Below are positions 1 through 17,160 of a stretch of 64,000 nucleotides of DNA, piece by piece. Source of the stretch: the human T2T-CHM13v2.0 reference genome, Homo sapiens. The stretch lies in the NCBI RefSeq assembly GCF_009914755.1, contig NC_060947.1, one strand, 5' to 3'. Under the pieces are notes generated by a model. That model saw only the letters and a list, made by a program, of their open reading frames with translations. It was not told where the DNA came from and made no database searches. A program made the translations under genes and the position numbers. Position 1 is the stretch's first letter, and the number at the start of each line of letters is the position of its first letter.

Positions 1-225
1 ACATCAGCAAATGCCAGCAGAGAGTTCTTCCTCACCATTATCTCCTCCATGTTTTCTCACCACCAATTCAGTTTTTGGTCATGTGTTTTTATAATAACAT
101 TGAGTTGAGGGTGTTAGCAGCAATTTTGACATATGGAATTAATTGCATTATTTCTCAGGTATTTGGAATTCTTAAAATTCCAGAAAATCATGTAACATTT
201 GGACACCACATGGATTTAATTCAGT
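1..225 (+). pseudogene. EFCAB5-like remnant: N-terminal docking (Dpy-30/RIIa-like) domain exon
   Basis: SREFFLTII, IELRVL, GINCIISQ and FGHH (frameshifted) resemble TAYLLDKLL, VEKKKVL, PINYLGE and SGYQ in the same order; abutted by an L2 tail at about 220. Weak on its own. Confidence 0.4.
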
Positions 226-509
226 ATATAGTCATGAAGCATCTGCTCAGTGCAAGGTCAGCCCTGGGCAGTGCCTAGGTACACTTATCAGTGTGAAGGA
301 AGTGCCAAGGGAAGAGTACAAATGAATTGGAGGTTCAAAGCAGGGATAGGATTTCCTGGTGAAACAAAAGGAAAGACTTCTTGAAAAGGTAGCCTTGGGG
401 ACTAGACATAAACAACAGATATAATTTCTACAGGCAGAGGCATGTTAGGAGGCAGGAACAACTTGAGCAAAAGTAACAAGGTGGGAGATCATAGGATCCA
501 TTTAGGGCT

Positions 510-750
510 AGTAATAGTCGCTATATATTGAGTCATCACTCTGTGCCATGCATCGTATTAAGTGTTTTACATGCATTCTCTTATATAACTGCCACAGCAG
601 TCTCATTTGTTATAGGTAGCATCATTCCGACCTTACAAATTAGGAGAATAAAGCTCAGAACAATTATGTAACTTGGTCACCTGCTAAGAGATGGCAGAAC
701 AGGAATTCAAACCAAGTCTGTCAGACTCCAAAGCCTAGCTTTGTAGCCAC
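510..750 (-). mobile_element. MIR SINE
   Basis: Reverse MIR motifs (caggaattcaaaccaagtctgtcagactccaaagcc). Confidence 0.75.
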
Positions 751-1424
751 TAAGTTTTATGACTCAGAAATAAACGTGACTGGGAAGAAAGGGTAGGACC
801 ATGCTGTGAAGAGCTTTAGGCTTTAGATGCTAAGCGAAGGATCCTGAACTTAAAAGTGCCAGATTGTGAAATAAAAGGGAAAGGAGTTTTCCTGTAACAG
901 GAAATGAATAGTCAATAAGAGGTCAACAGGTTAGAGACCAATGACCAGGTCCAAAACTTCTCTGTTTTCTTCATTTGTTTTGTACCTTCCTGGGAGGAGA
1001 ATGGGTTGAGTAGGAAAGAAACCTCCCTGTTCCTCTTAGAGCTTTTGTATGGAATTTCCACTTCTTGGGGGTCCTTTTTGTTTTGTTCAATTCCTCGCTA
1101 TTGTGCATGGTCTTACCTCTGAGGAGGGAAGGTCAGAATCTGAACTTCTGTGGCCAACTAGAAAATTGAATTGCTTAAATTTCAGTTCCTATTGCATTAT
1201 ATTGGGTAACTAAAGCCCCTGTTATCTTTTTCATTTTTGATTAGTTTTGGTATTTTATGTAGCTTCTTCTCAGACACAAAAAGATAATTCATTAATTGTC
1301 CATGGATATAATCATCCTCTTCAATCTTGTCTAGAAACTGGAAGGCCCTGTTGCCCTCACCTGTAGTTAGCACCTCTTTTACCAACCTTGATGTGGGATC
1401 CTGAAGGAGCAAGTTCTTGGAGTC

Positions 1425-1913
<489 letters not shown>

Positions 1914-2257
1914 CAGCAGTCCCTAACCTTTTTGGCACCAGGGACCAGTTTTGTGGAAAACAGTTTTTCCATGGACCAAAAGTGGGGACTGGGGAGGTAG
2001 TTTCAGGATGAAACTGTTCCACCTCAGATCATCAGGCATTGGATTCTCATAAGGAGCCCGCAACCTAGATCTCTTGTATGTGCAGTTCACAGTAGGGTTT
2101 GCATTCCTATGAGAATCTAATGCTGCCACTGATCTGACAGGAGGCAGAGCTCAGGCAGTAATGCTGGCTTGCCTGCTGCTCGCCTCCTGCTGTGTGGCCA
2201 GTTCCTAACAGGCCACGGACTGGTATTGGTCCATGGCCTGGGGGTTGGGAACCCCTG
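1914..2257 (+). mobile_element. MER1B (hAT-Charlie DNA transposon)
   Basis: TIRs cagcagtccctaacc / ggttgggaacccctg with perfect 8-bp TSD ttttaaaa. Confidence 0.9.
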
Positions 2258-2509
2258 TTTTAAAAGACCAAAAACTCTGTCAATACAATCAACCAAATCT
2301 AGAGGGTGGGGAATTCTGCAGGAAAAATGGCCTGATTTTTTACTAACTTAACTGCTTAAAATATAACTTCTATTGTTATTGCAAATTTGCTTTCTTTGAT
2401 TAATAGTGAGACTGAAATGTGTGTATTTGTTTAGCAGTTATATTTCTTCGTGTGAGGAAGTGAATTGAGTATTCCTGCCCATTATCCATTTACTCAGAAT
2501 GTGTTTTAA

Positions 2510-4140
<1,631 letters not shown>

Positions 4141-4774
4141 ATGCTAGAATTTTAATTGGAATAGCATTGAATTACCCATTAATTTGGGGGTCACTGACAC
4201 CTTCACAATGTTAAGTCTTCCCAGGTTCATTCTATTTGTTGCCTTTAAAAATGTTTTTCATTTATCCAAATAACACTTTCATCAACCAAGATAAGGTAAA
4301 ATAATTTAATGTTAACCTATTTCAAGTTTAAAGCAAATAATTATTTGAAAGCATTTTACTCCAAATTCTTTGCATGACATAAAAGTTCTTAGCTTTTTAG
4401 ATATTCATTTTCACAGTGGTTTTTAGTGTGTGCTCTCTGAATTAGTAGTATGCATATCTCTAACTTTTCAGTCTAAGTAAAGAAAATAAGATTTTATATA
4501 AAATGTAGAAAACTTACAACATTAGAGGTCAATGTAACCACTCCCTATCCTTTTCTCTATGGTTGTCAAATGTATTCCATCTACATATGAAGCCTACAAG
4601 TAAATGCCATAATTTTTGGTCTAAGGAATCCTATGTATTTGAAGAAATTAAGAGGAATGAAATGGCTTTTTAAATATTTACCCAGATATTTCTAATTTCT
4701 GCTTTATTTTTTAAATTAATGTATGCATTTCCATCTGGATTCATCTTCCTTCAGCCTGGTGAAGAACTTCCTTT

Positions 4775-5329
4775 TGTCAAGAAGTCAAGCAGTATCCAGG
4801 CAGCATTGGCTTAGATGAAGCTAATTGCTTAGTGAAGCTAATAGGATCACTTGTCTAGCTGCTAGGTCAGCTTGTCACATTTTCATAGATTCAGCCAGTA
4901 AGGAAAAACAAGCCCAGATAGATTCAGTTTATTACTTAGAGAGTAACAGCAAGATCAACATGGCATTAGCTGCCTGTATCCATAGTCCAACAGGATTACA
5001 CTGAACCAGAGGAACCAGATGACATGAATAACAGGTTACTCTGACACTGAAAAACCAGCTCTAAACTATAGCCAAACATGTTTATACAGCTGTGTCATAA
5101 GGGAGTGAGACAAGGTGGAAAGTTCTGTGCTCACCGACATTAGGGAGACGGATGAAAAACAGCCTTGGGATGGTTCCTCACCAGGCTGTTTATATTCCCT
5201 TGCTCCAAGAGGAATTGCATGGTGTTCTCCAAAGACCCAGGTCAGATTATGGTAAAACCTTGCCTAAGTGGCCCATATGGAGACTAAAATGATCATTGGG
5301 GCACCATGCGGTAGAGCTGTTCTCCTACA
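4775..5329 (-). mobile_element. Solo LTR, ERVL class (MER54/MER74-like)
   Basis: TG...CA termini and 5-bp TSD ccttt/acttt splitting the host L1. Confidence 0.65.
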
Positions 5330-5409
5330 ACTTTAGCATTTCTTGTGGTTCAGGTTTGCTGGCAAAGAATTTTTTCTTTCCTTATTCTTTAACAATTTCA
5401 CGATTTTAT

Positions 5410-5600
5410 GTTTTTAATTTTAAATTTTTGTGGTTATATAGTAGTTGTATATATTTATGGGGTGCATAGGCCAGTTTGATACAGGCATACAATGCATAAT
5501 AACCACACCAGGGCAAAGGAAACAGTCAACAAAGTGAAGAGACAACCCATACAATGGGAGAAAATATTTGCAAACTATCCATCTGACAAGGGATTAATAA
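5410..5600 (-). mobile_element. Short L1MA 3' fragment with inverted ORF2 piece
   Basis: - strand L1MA 3' end (5410-5510) joined to + strand ORF2 text (gcaaaggaaacagtcaacaaagtg...ctgacaagggattaata). Confidence 0.7.
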
Positions 5601-5699
5601 CAATATTTTTTAGAATTTTGTTGTATCTCAAAGTATCTTTGTTTTGCCTTCATTCTTAAAAACATATTTTTGCTGAGCATAGAATTCTGGGTTGACTTT

Positions 5700-8680
<2,981 letters not shown>

Positions 8681-11600
8681 CAGGTTGGCTTCTTTTTCTT
8701 ACCACTTTGAAGATGTTGGTCTTGTCTCTTTTGGCCTCCATCATTTCTGATGTCAGTAATTGAGTCATTTTTCCTCCTCTGTGTGTAAAATGTTGTTATT
8801 TTCTGGCTGTTTTTTTGATTTTCTCATTATATTTGGTTTTCAGCAGTTTGACTATATTCCAAGACTTTGTTTTCTGTCCTCTTGGGATTTGCTGAGCCTC
8901 TGGAATCTTTAAATTTAGGGAAATTTAAACCATTACACATGCAATTTTTTTCTATCCCATTCTCCTCCTCCTCCTCTCCTTCTAGAACTCTAACTTCATG
9001 TACGTTACACCTTTGGATATTGTCCCACACATTCCTGAGGCTTTGTTCATTTTTTTTCTCGTGTGTTTTTCTCTTTGTTCTCTGTATATCTATAGGAACG
9101 CATGATTTTGAAAGTTTCATCTTAAGTTTACTGAAACTTCCCTCTTTTATTTCCATTCTGCTGTTAAGCCTATTCAGTGATTTTTTAAAGTTAGATATTG
9201 TATTTTCCAATTGTGTAATTTTCATTTTTTATGGTTTATATTTCTCTGCTGTGATTTTCTATCTTTTCATTTATTGTGAAAATACTTTCTTTTACTCCTT
9301 TGAGCATAATTCTACTAGTTGCCTTAAATTTATTGTCTGCTAATTCTAACATCTGAATCATCTTAGGTTTTCTCTTTGTTGATTGTATTATCTCTTGGAA
9401 TGGATCACAATTTCCTAGTTCTTCATATATTGAGTAACCTTGGATTGTATTCTGAGTCTTCTGAATATTATATTATGGAGACTCTGGGTTCTGTGTCTGA
9501 AAAATACTGATTTTATTGTTTTAGCAGACAGTTAACTTGGTTAGACTGAAACTAAATTCTGTCTCTTGGTTGGTAGCTAAAATGTGAGTTCAGTGCTTTT
9601 ATCTTTAGCTAAAGTCTGTCCCATGTATGTGTGGTTCAGGGGCCAACTGAGACTTGGATAGTTTGTATATACAGGAATTAGTGCTCCTTCTATCTTGCCC
9701 TCTCTCTCCTTTACAGGATTCTCCCCACAACTGTCCAGTGGCTCAGTTTGTCCCAAGCTCTGTTCTTTAGTTCTTCATATCAGAATGATTGTCAGTTTAT
9801 TCTTAGTGTGCTAGCCACTTGGCAGCTTTGGCTTGCCCTCAGTCTAAAAGCTGTAAAAATAGGTTGCTCATGTTATGCCATACCTTTATTCAAATGTCAA
9901 CTCCTTTTAAGAATATGTCTGCTTCTGTTCACTTTCCAGTCTCTTCATATCATTGTTTCTTTATATTTTGTTCAGTGTTTAAAATTGCTGTTTTCAGGAG
10001 GATTGCAATCAGTAGGAGTTTATTCAGTCATATCAGAAGCAGAAGCAATGATCCTGCTCAATTTTGATTTCACTCCTAGCAGCTTATCTTTAATGTGGTA
10101 TTCTGTCCTAGAAAGGAATCTTGACAAGTCATTTTTGAGAGCTCATAGTGGCTAGATTCCTACAGCCTCTTTAGTCCTTCTTGCCGTAGGCCTTTTATAC
10201 TCACTTAGTACTGGAGAGTGGACAACCTCCACCAGTTTCAGCTGCTATTCTCAATTGTTCCACTATGCTTTTCAGTGAATATTCATTAGCCGTTTTTCCT
10301 TGTGAACTCCTGTTCCACTAGGGTTTTGGCTGTCTTGGATTGTAATGTGTAACTATGGGGAGCCACTAAAACTTAAGCCTTGCCTAGTGCGCCTCCCAAC
10401 CCAATAAGTTTGATGGTGGGGAGCTATGTTGCTGGGGAGAGAGCCTCTAGCATAACAAATGGTAACTCAGCCTTGGCATTGCTTTTTTTCAGAAGAATCC
10501 TCTGTAGTTGTAGTTCTCTAGTTTTCAGGGTGTCGAGATACAGGTAGAAGTGGGGAAAAAACTCTTAAAGGCTGGCCAATCCACATGCAGTTGATATCTA
10601 GTACCCATCATCTCAGCCAGCCCTGAGTTCACACCTAGTGGGTACTAGTCTACTGTTTAAATGTCTCCCGGTGGCAAAGCAGGGAAAAGAATGGTGTTCT
10701 CAGGGTAGTAAGTAGAGAAAATGGGCACATTAAAAAATTGTTTTCCTACCTTAACTCCTGTCCATTGTTCTTGGCCCTCTTCTTTTCTAGGCTGCCTTTT
10801 CCCTAATTTACCCTACTCAGATTCCTGACCTATCCACAGGCTCTTCTGTTTTTCCAGTGGTTTCCTCATCATTTTTTAGCTATTTGGTAGAAATATCCAT
10901 CTCTGGATTATGTGACATGGCCAGGGTTTGGTTCTAGAGAGAGGACTAGTTGTAATTTTGCAATTTTGATAAGAACTGGCATAACTGCTTCTATCTATAA
11001 AAAAATGAAATTACCTAAAATTCTGTAGGTATGTATTTCAGGACATTTCAGGACATTGGAACTTAAAAAGGTGAGATTCCTGAACCCTAGAAGACCCTTG
11101 ATAATTTAAAACAATGGTAACAATGAAGAATAATTAATTGATCATCAGCTTTGGATTCTTACCCAGTTAATGACATAGACATATTACCACCAGGGGTACA
11201 GATGTAAAATACATCTTTACAGACATAAGATCTAATGGCATAGGAGATAATTTTCATTTTTGTAAAATGTCTCATCGATAGGCTGCAAAATAATGAACGA
11301 TTTTTTTCTGTGGCATTACTGACCAGACATTGGGCCAGGGTTGTAATATTTGTTATCTAATAAAACTAAAAATATCTGATTAATTATTTTTTCCTTTGCT
11401 TATGGGCTTTGCTTATAGTCTGATGAAAGTAAGTTATACTTTATAGTTTCTAAGGAGATTAGGATGATAGAAAGTTTGAATGAAAAAAGCCATATCAAAT
11501 TACTCTAGTTCTTAATTTTGCCAGAGCCATTAAAACCCAATTAGATACACACCAAATTCCTGTTTATTAGAAGCTGGCATAGTTGTGGGAGCACTTTTAA

Positions 11601-12396
11601 CTACATGCGGTCTTTTGCAAAAAGGCATTGCGTCATTTTAATAACAAGCACGTTTTCCATGAATATACTCATTCACATCAACAAAACAGCTTCAGCCATT
11701 TACAATCCAGTGATTCGAACTGTTTAAGCAAATAAGTGTATGAGCCATTAGACAGCTTCTTTCCTTCTTACATCTTCTCTCTCATTAATACTCCATCCCC
11801 ACCCCCATGCCTGTTGAAGCACTATTCATGTCCTCCAGGAGCAGCTCAAATAGTATCAAGCCCAATCATTCCTCCACAAGACAAAATTGATTGCTTCCTT
11901 TCTTATTCTTCTCCCTATCTCTAATGCCAAGTGCAGAACATGGCCTGTAGTAAATATGTTAAGTGAATGCAGTAAGAGTAAAACCAACTGTGAAATGGTA
12001 CCATTTTGGGAGACTGGCCGTGAAGATGGTGCTTTCAGAAAGACCTTTCTCCTCTACTGCCAAGACCCAAGCAAGCATGTTAAGACGGACTACTTACCCA
12101 AGACTGGCTATGGCTGTTTCTAATAGAAGCAGAGAAAACCAAGAGATATGGCATTTACCCACAAACACTGCTATTAACTTGCTTGTGCTTGGGGGAGTAG
12201 GGCAAGGTACTCCTGATTTGTGTGCTTGACCAGGGCATGCCACGGACATAGAGTCAGGCCTCTTTCATCAATCATATGCTTCTGTAGCCACCATTGTGCA
12301 ATAGCATAGGAGTGGATAATCACCGTGTTTTGATGATTTTTCGAAGGTGGAATAAAGAGTGGTATTAGAATCTAAGGTGTTGATTGTCTTCTATAG

Positions 12397-12537
12397 GAAA
12401 CATCCTCTCCTGTTCCATCAGAAACTCTTCAAAATTCGAAACCTTTTAAATTAGAAGTTATTGGAGATCCCTTTCTAGTTACATTGACAAATGAGTTATT
12501 TACCTCTGCCCTCTCCTTATTATGTATTTCATTTGAG
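12397..12537 (+). pseudogene. EFCAB5-like remnant exon (141 nt, open, phase 0-0)
   Basis: Acceptor ttgtcttctatag, donor GAG|gtaaac; open frame ETSSPVPSETLQNSKPFKLEVIGDPFLVTLTNELFTSALSLLCISFE, loosely like [23 protein letters not shown]. Confidence 0.5.
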
Positions 12538-12629
12538 GTAAACACAATGCTTATTTAACTTTTGCATCCTCAGATTAACTGCAAGTGGAACAACCTAATA
12601 CATTTCCCCAACATTGGAGTTTGAATTCT

Positions 12630-13313
12630 TTTTTTTTTGGATATATATGATTTTATATTTTCTCAACATTAAACTCAAGGAAAGTCACTGTTTTATCTCT
12701 TTTATCTTACTCAGACCATGGTGGAAAATAAACTCATTAATTTTTGTTGTAAAGGAGAGGAGAAGCTGGTGCATGTCAATTAAGTGAAGTTTATTTAAAA
12801 GATCTTATACGTATAATTAATCTATCCTAAAATATGATCTTTCTCTATTGCATTGTGCCTTTGTGGACGTCAGTATTATCAAATAAAAATAAGTTCCAAT
12901 TTAGTGTGTTAATAGGTGCACTTTAAATATATTTTAAAAATTTCTTTCCAAAGCAATTTAAAGTGTATATAAGGAAAACATAAATAACATATTTCACAAC
13001 TTAAATGCTTTTTTATGCAAATTCTAATATCTGTTTCAGAAATCATTTCTATAAGAAAATGAAATCTTAAAAGCTGTGCAATACAAATGTGCATTTTATT
13101 TAAAAAAAAGGAAAACAGAGAAACCAATGAAAAGAAAGAGTGTTTAAGAGCTATTTCAGAGTAAAAACTTAATATATTAATTCTTTGAGAAGTAATTTTT
13201 GTTGGAAAGGAGGAGCTGGTGCATGTCAATTAAGTGGAATTTATTTAAAAGATCTCATAAATATTATTAATCTATCCTAAAACATTATCTTTCTGTACTG
13301 CATTGTGCCTTTG
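12630..13313 (-). mobile_element. L1-mediated retro-insertion of non-L1 AT-rich sequence (processed 3'UTR fragment or orphan transduction)
   Basis: Perfect 15-bp TSD tggagtttgaattct (12615-12629, 13314-13328), poly(T) at 12629-12638, TT/AGAA endonuclease-type site, AATATAAA just upstream of the tail on the - strand. Confidence 0.8.
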
Positions 13314-13331
13314 TGGAGTTTGAATTCTAAG

Positions 13332-13446
13332 GACAACATTTTTCATTCTCAAATGAAGCTGACTTCAAGAAAGAACAGCAGACCAAGCAGCAATGCTGGC
13401 CTCCTCTGTCTTGCAGAGCACTCTTATAATGAAAGGGCTTGTGGAA
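13332..13446 (+). pseudogene. EFCAB5-like remnant exon (first EF-hand-like region)
   Basis: NEADFKKEQQ then, after a frameshift, MLASSVLQSTLIMKGLVE (13393-13446), which aligns ungapped with MFAELFLHCDHGKVGFLD. Confidence 0.55.
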
Positions 13447-13704
13447 TTTGGCTCCATTTCCTACAGCCATGGGATAAGGGTTGCATGTAAACAATAATAT
13501 CCTGTGCTGTTTGGGCCTCATTTAACTGTCTTTATTACTTTAGAAGGAACTGCCAAGTGGTGCTGTTTCTCATAGCTCATGCTTTACATACCAGCGGTAT
13601 TGTAGGGTCTGCTTCAAAGATGGCACTCCACACCACGAAGCTTGTGGCTGTTGGCACACTTGGTTGTCACCAGGCTTCATGTTGACACATTCCTTCAAGT
13701 CACA

Positions 13705-13755
13705 CCAAAGGTGCACTTTCCATGAAGAATGAATCTGGTACACTGAAGGTGGGCC
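13705..13755 (+). pseudogene. EFCAB5-like remnant block
   Basis: PKVHFP*RMNLVH*RWA resembles PFIEFEEINLTELWG and lies in the expected order. Confidence 0.4.
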
Positions 13756-13892
13756 TGTTATTGCAGAAGGCCTTTGCAGTTACCATTTGGGTGTTTTCCT
13801 AGAAAGCTATAGCAGCTCTGCACCTAGAATGACTGTGTTTGCTGAATTACAAACAGAGAGGTGATTTTTGCAAAGTAAGCTGTTACATTATT

Positions 13893-14520
13893 GACAGAGC
13901 ACTAAGCTGGAGTCAGGAGATCTATGCTGTACTCCCCAGCTGACTAGCTCTTTAGCTCTAGGGGAAACATCCTTGATTTCCCTGGCTTGTTTTCTAACCT
14001 TGAAATGATGAGATTATGCTAGATAATCTCTAAATTCCTCTCTGGCCTAAATTTGATCAGGCAAATTAAAACAGTAAACAACAAACAGTGAGTCAAGAAA
14101 CAGAAGTTCCCAATCCAAGCTCTGCTGCTCAGTAATTGTGACTTGAGACAAGTCATTTAACCATTCAGACTCAGGTCTCCATTGCTGGGGAGACCAAAGT
14201 CTTCTCTACCTGCCCCACCTGGTGGTTGTGCCTGTTGAATAGGGAAACATCTTTTTCACTCAACACATACTGAACAATTGCTCTGTGGCACCAGCTTGAT
14301 AGATAGCGAAGAAGCACAGGTTATTAGATTATCTGTTACTACTACTAATATTAACTACAGTTTAGTGATCACTTTCTATTTCCAGGAATGTACATACAAT
14401 ATTACATTTAGTCTTCATTTTATGGAGGAGGAAATTTGAGGTTCAGAGAGGTTTAATAATTTGTTCAGACTCATGTAGCTCTGCAGAGCTGGAGCTGAGA
14501 TTTGAACCAGCATTCTTCTG
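13893..14520. mobile_element. Cluster of three MIR/MIR3 fragments
   Basis: MIR cores at about 13893-14053 (+), 14088-14230 (+) and 14340-14520 (-). Confidence 0.65.
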
Positions 14521-14776
14521 TTCTTTATTTTAATGGTTACAAAATATCTCACCTCTGACAAGGAGCTTGTGTTACTATCATTATTTTTCTGGGCCATAGT
14601 GTCTGAATCCCAAGATCTAAAATCTGTTGGGGGGCAGGCAGATGAGGGGACTGATCTGGCTTGGGCTGAAGGAGAGATTCTCTTTACAGACACAGGCTGA
14701 GGCAGCACAGCCAGGGTAGTAAAAATACCTGAGGGACAGCCCTCAGGTATTTTTCAAGCCTTTCTCTGGCTTGTAG

Positions 14777-14867
14777 ACTTATTTTCAAGTCTACAAGCCA
14801 GAGGAAGTCCAAGTGGATTGCCCAAACTGAGGAACCAAAATCAGCAGTCACTGAGATGACTGGTCAG
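14777..14867 (+). pseudogene. Exon-like block (91 nt) within the EFCAB5-like remnant
   Basis: Acceptor cctttctctggcttgtag, strong donor CAG|gtgagt, open frame LIFKSTSQRKSKWIAQTEEPKSAVTEMTGQ; it falls where EFCAB5 has a variable linker, so there is no clear homology. Confidence 0.4.
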
Positions 14868-15246
14868 GTGAGTGCGGAATAAAGCAAGCACTGTGAGTCA
14901 CAGGAAGGTGAGAGTGCTTTGGTACAGTTTCCAAGGCTTGGCATTGTTTGCAACGAGTTTTGAGTGAAGCTCATGGTATGGTATGTGGTTAGAGCAACCC
15001 CTCTAAAAAGCCATGCAGAGGGCAGAAAAAGCCCTCAGTTTTCTCACCAGTAGAAGAAAGGCTCATTGGCTAAATGAGCTCTGAGTGCATCCCTTAGTCA
15101 AACATTCTCTTAGCCAGCAGATATGCAGAGCTGGGCTACACCAGGGTTCTGAGCAATAAACAAGTGCTCTTGGTAGGCCATTTTTTCTCTCTTTGGAACG
15201 TGACGCTGAGTTTCTGAGATGCTGGGATTCGCTTTTGGTGTGTCAG

Positions 15247-15402
15247 GAGCTGCACTGGCAGGTCCCCATCCCCCACAAAGCAACCCCTGTTCTGTTGGCC
15301 AACACTTCCCAGGGCAGCCCTCCCATCAAGGGAAGTGGGCTTTCTAGCCTTTGGGAGGTTGTACAACTGCACCTAGTTGCCATAGACACAGCCAAGCTTT
15401 TT
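15247..15402 (+). pseudogene. EFCAB5-like remnant exon (156 nt)
   Basis: tgtcag acceptor and gtatgt donor; GSGLSSLWEVVQ resembles NSRFTDLHSIIR. Confidence 0.35.
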
Positions 15403-15769
15403 GTATGTCTGCTTCACTCCTCCAAGACTGCTGCTTCTCAGACCATACTGATGATGCTTTCTCCTACTTCCTAGCCTAAAAGAGAATGGTTTGCTTACTT
15501 GGTCTTTGGTTTAGAAGTGGCTGTTTGTCCTAACATTGGACTCGTGCACCTGAAATCATGGCCTCAATGGCAGAAGCAGGCCAGTCAGGGAGGAGAGAGG
15601 GCTGACCCCTGGTATTGGATATGGCCACTAACCAGGACCCAGGCTTGGGAAAGTGGCATTGTTACAGGCAAAGGCAGACAAGAAGGTGAGAAGAATACTC
15701 TCCACGCAGACCTAGGTGCCTCGGTGATATTCTAGAAAATGGTCAGTGCTGAGGAATACAGCATAACCA

Positions 15770-15960
15770 ACATAATAACAATAATTACAATAGCACAAGA
15801 AGACACTTGTATGGACACTGGTAAGTATTTAGCATACACTAATTCTTTTGGTCCTCACAACAATCCTGTGAGGCAGCAATATTATCTCCTCACTTTACAT
15901 AGGAGGTAACTAAGGCACAGAGGAGTTAAATAACCTATTCAAAATCACACAGCTTAGGGA
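15770..15960 (-). mobile_element. MIR
   Basis: cctcacaacaatcctgtgaggcag...gaggtaactaaggcacagag. Confidence 0.75.
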
Positions 15961-16689
15961 GTATGTGGGTATTACTTGGCTCTTCTGCCAGTTGGGCAAT
16001 CATCATCTGCAAGACCTCTAACCAGTGGCCACACCCTAGCCACTGAGTCAAGGTGCCAGTTCCAGAGAGAAAGGTGGGCAAAAACAAGGCAGGGAGAGTG
16101 ACTCATCTATCCAGCATTAGTCTAGTATTGAGGACCATCCTCTGTGCCAGGTGTTGAAGGAAGATTTAAGTAAGATGATATCTCATTTAGGCTAGCGTTT
16201 AGTTTTCAAGGAGGGTAGGAAGGTAGGCAGGACAACTCTAGGACTTAAGAGTGGGAGTTAAGGCAGAAGACCAGCTGTTAAGCATGGGTCAGTGTAAGAG
16301 GTAGGCTTGGGAAGAGTTCTAATCTGGGAGCATTACAGATCTTTCAGGCAGCTGTTCTAGGGGGTCCCAGACAGGGGAGAGCACCCTAATTCTAATGCTC
16401 CAGCCCAGGGCTGAAGCCAGGCATTGACTTCATGCCTGTGAATTGGCTGGTCAGGGAACTGGAGTGAGCCTTAGCCTCTAGGTGGAAGCTCCAACTGTAG
16501 GGATCTGAGTAGGAAAAGGGAATTGAATTGGGGGCTGATGGGAAAAAATCTAAGAATAACACCCCAGCTCCTGTGGAACCTGATTTTCCTTCTCCTATCC
16601 CTTTGGCAGCATAGGTGCCAGATGTGGTGGAAAGGGAAATGAATTTGGAGCCAAGAGATATGGGCTCCATATGTTAGTAGAAACTATGA

Positions 16690-16804
16690 TGTTTGAACAT
16701 CCTTGTTGGGATAGCTGAAATTCTTAGTAGAAATTGCAGAAGACCAGAGGACATCTGGGAAATATACATGGATTGAAGTGGAGAAAAATAATCTTTTGGG
16801 GAAA
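16690..16804 (+). pseudogene. EFCAB5-like remnant exon
   Basis: CLNIL~SFNLL, IAED~VGED, KYTWIEVEKNNLLGK~GYVETEQEKMNALEQ; frameshift and internal deletion. Confidence 0.6.
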
Positions 16805-16957
16805 ATCTCCATGACCAAAAACCATCTTATTGTTGTTTTTGTCTTTTAATTGTTTTCACTAAGGGGGCATAATAATCAAGTCATGTATGTAAAAGGCTTT
16901 CTAAGCTGTATGGCAGAAGCCCTGTGCATGACCTTGTCAGCATCTTCATTGTTACAG

Positions 16958-17160
16958 ATTGGAGATTGGCAACCTCAGGAGTTCACAGGAGGAGACTGGA
17001 ACTTTGCTTCTTCCCACCCAAGCCCCTTTTCTCTGTAATGGGAAAGTATCATTTGGAGCTGATTCACACTTCTTTGCTGTGCTCACTTGTCTCCTCTAGA
17101 GCCATCAGCAGGGGCCACTGCTACCTGCAGGCAGGGCTTGCATAGGTGCATGAAGAGGAG
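16958..17160 (+). pseudogene. EFCAB5-like remnant exon containing a degenerate EF-hand
   Basis: Acceptor cttcattgttacag; VHRRRLELCF~VRQRLLLEAIF, CNGK/HLEL~SDGSGFLDL, YLQAGL~TYKEGM. Confidence 0.45.

Noticed and set aside
11029-11435. Small exon-like units (11029-11070, about 11282-11340, 11419-11428) as further EFCAB5-like exons
   Set aside because: Splice signals are present but peptide matches are ambiguous between frames; not supportable by eye.
15376-15389. RFX X-box-like gttgccatagacac
   Set aside because: Single imperfect motif inside a putative fossil exon, with no promoter context.
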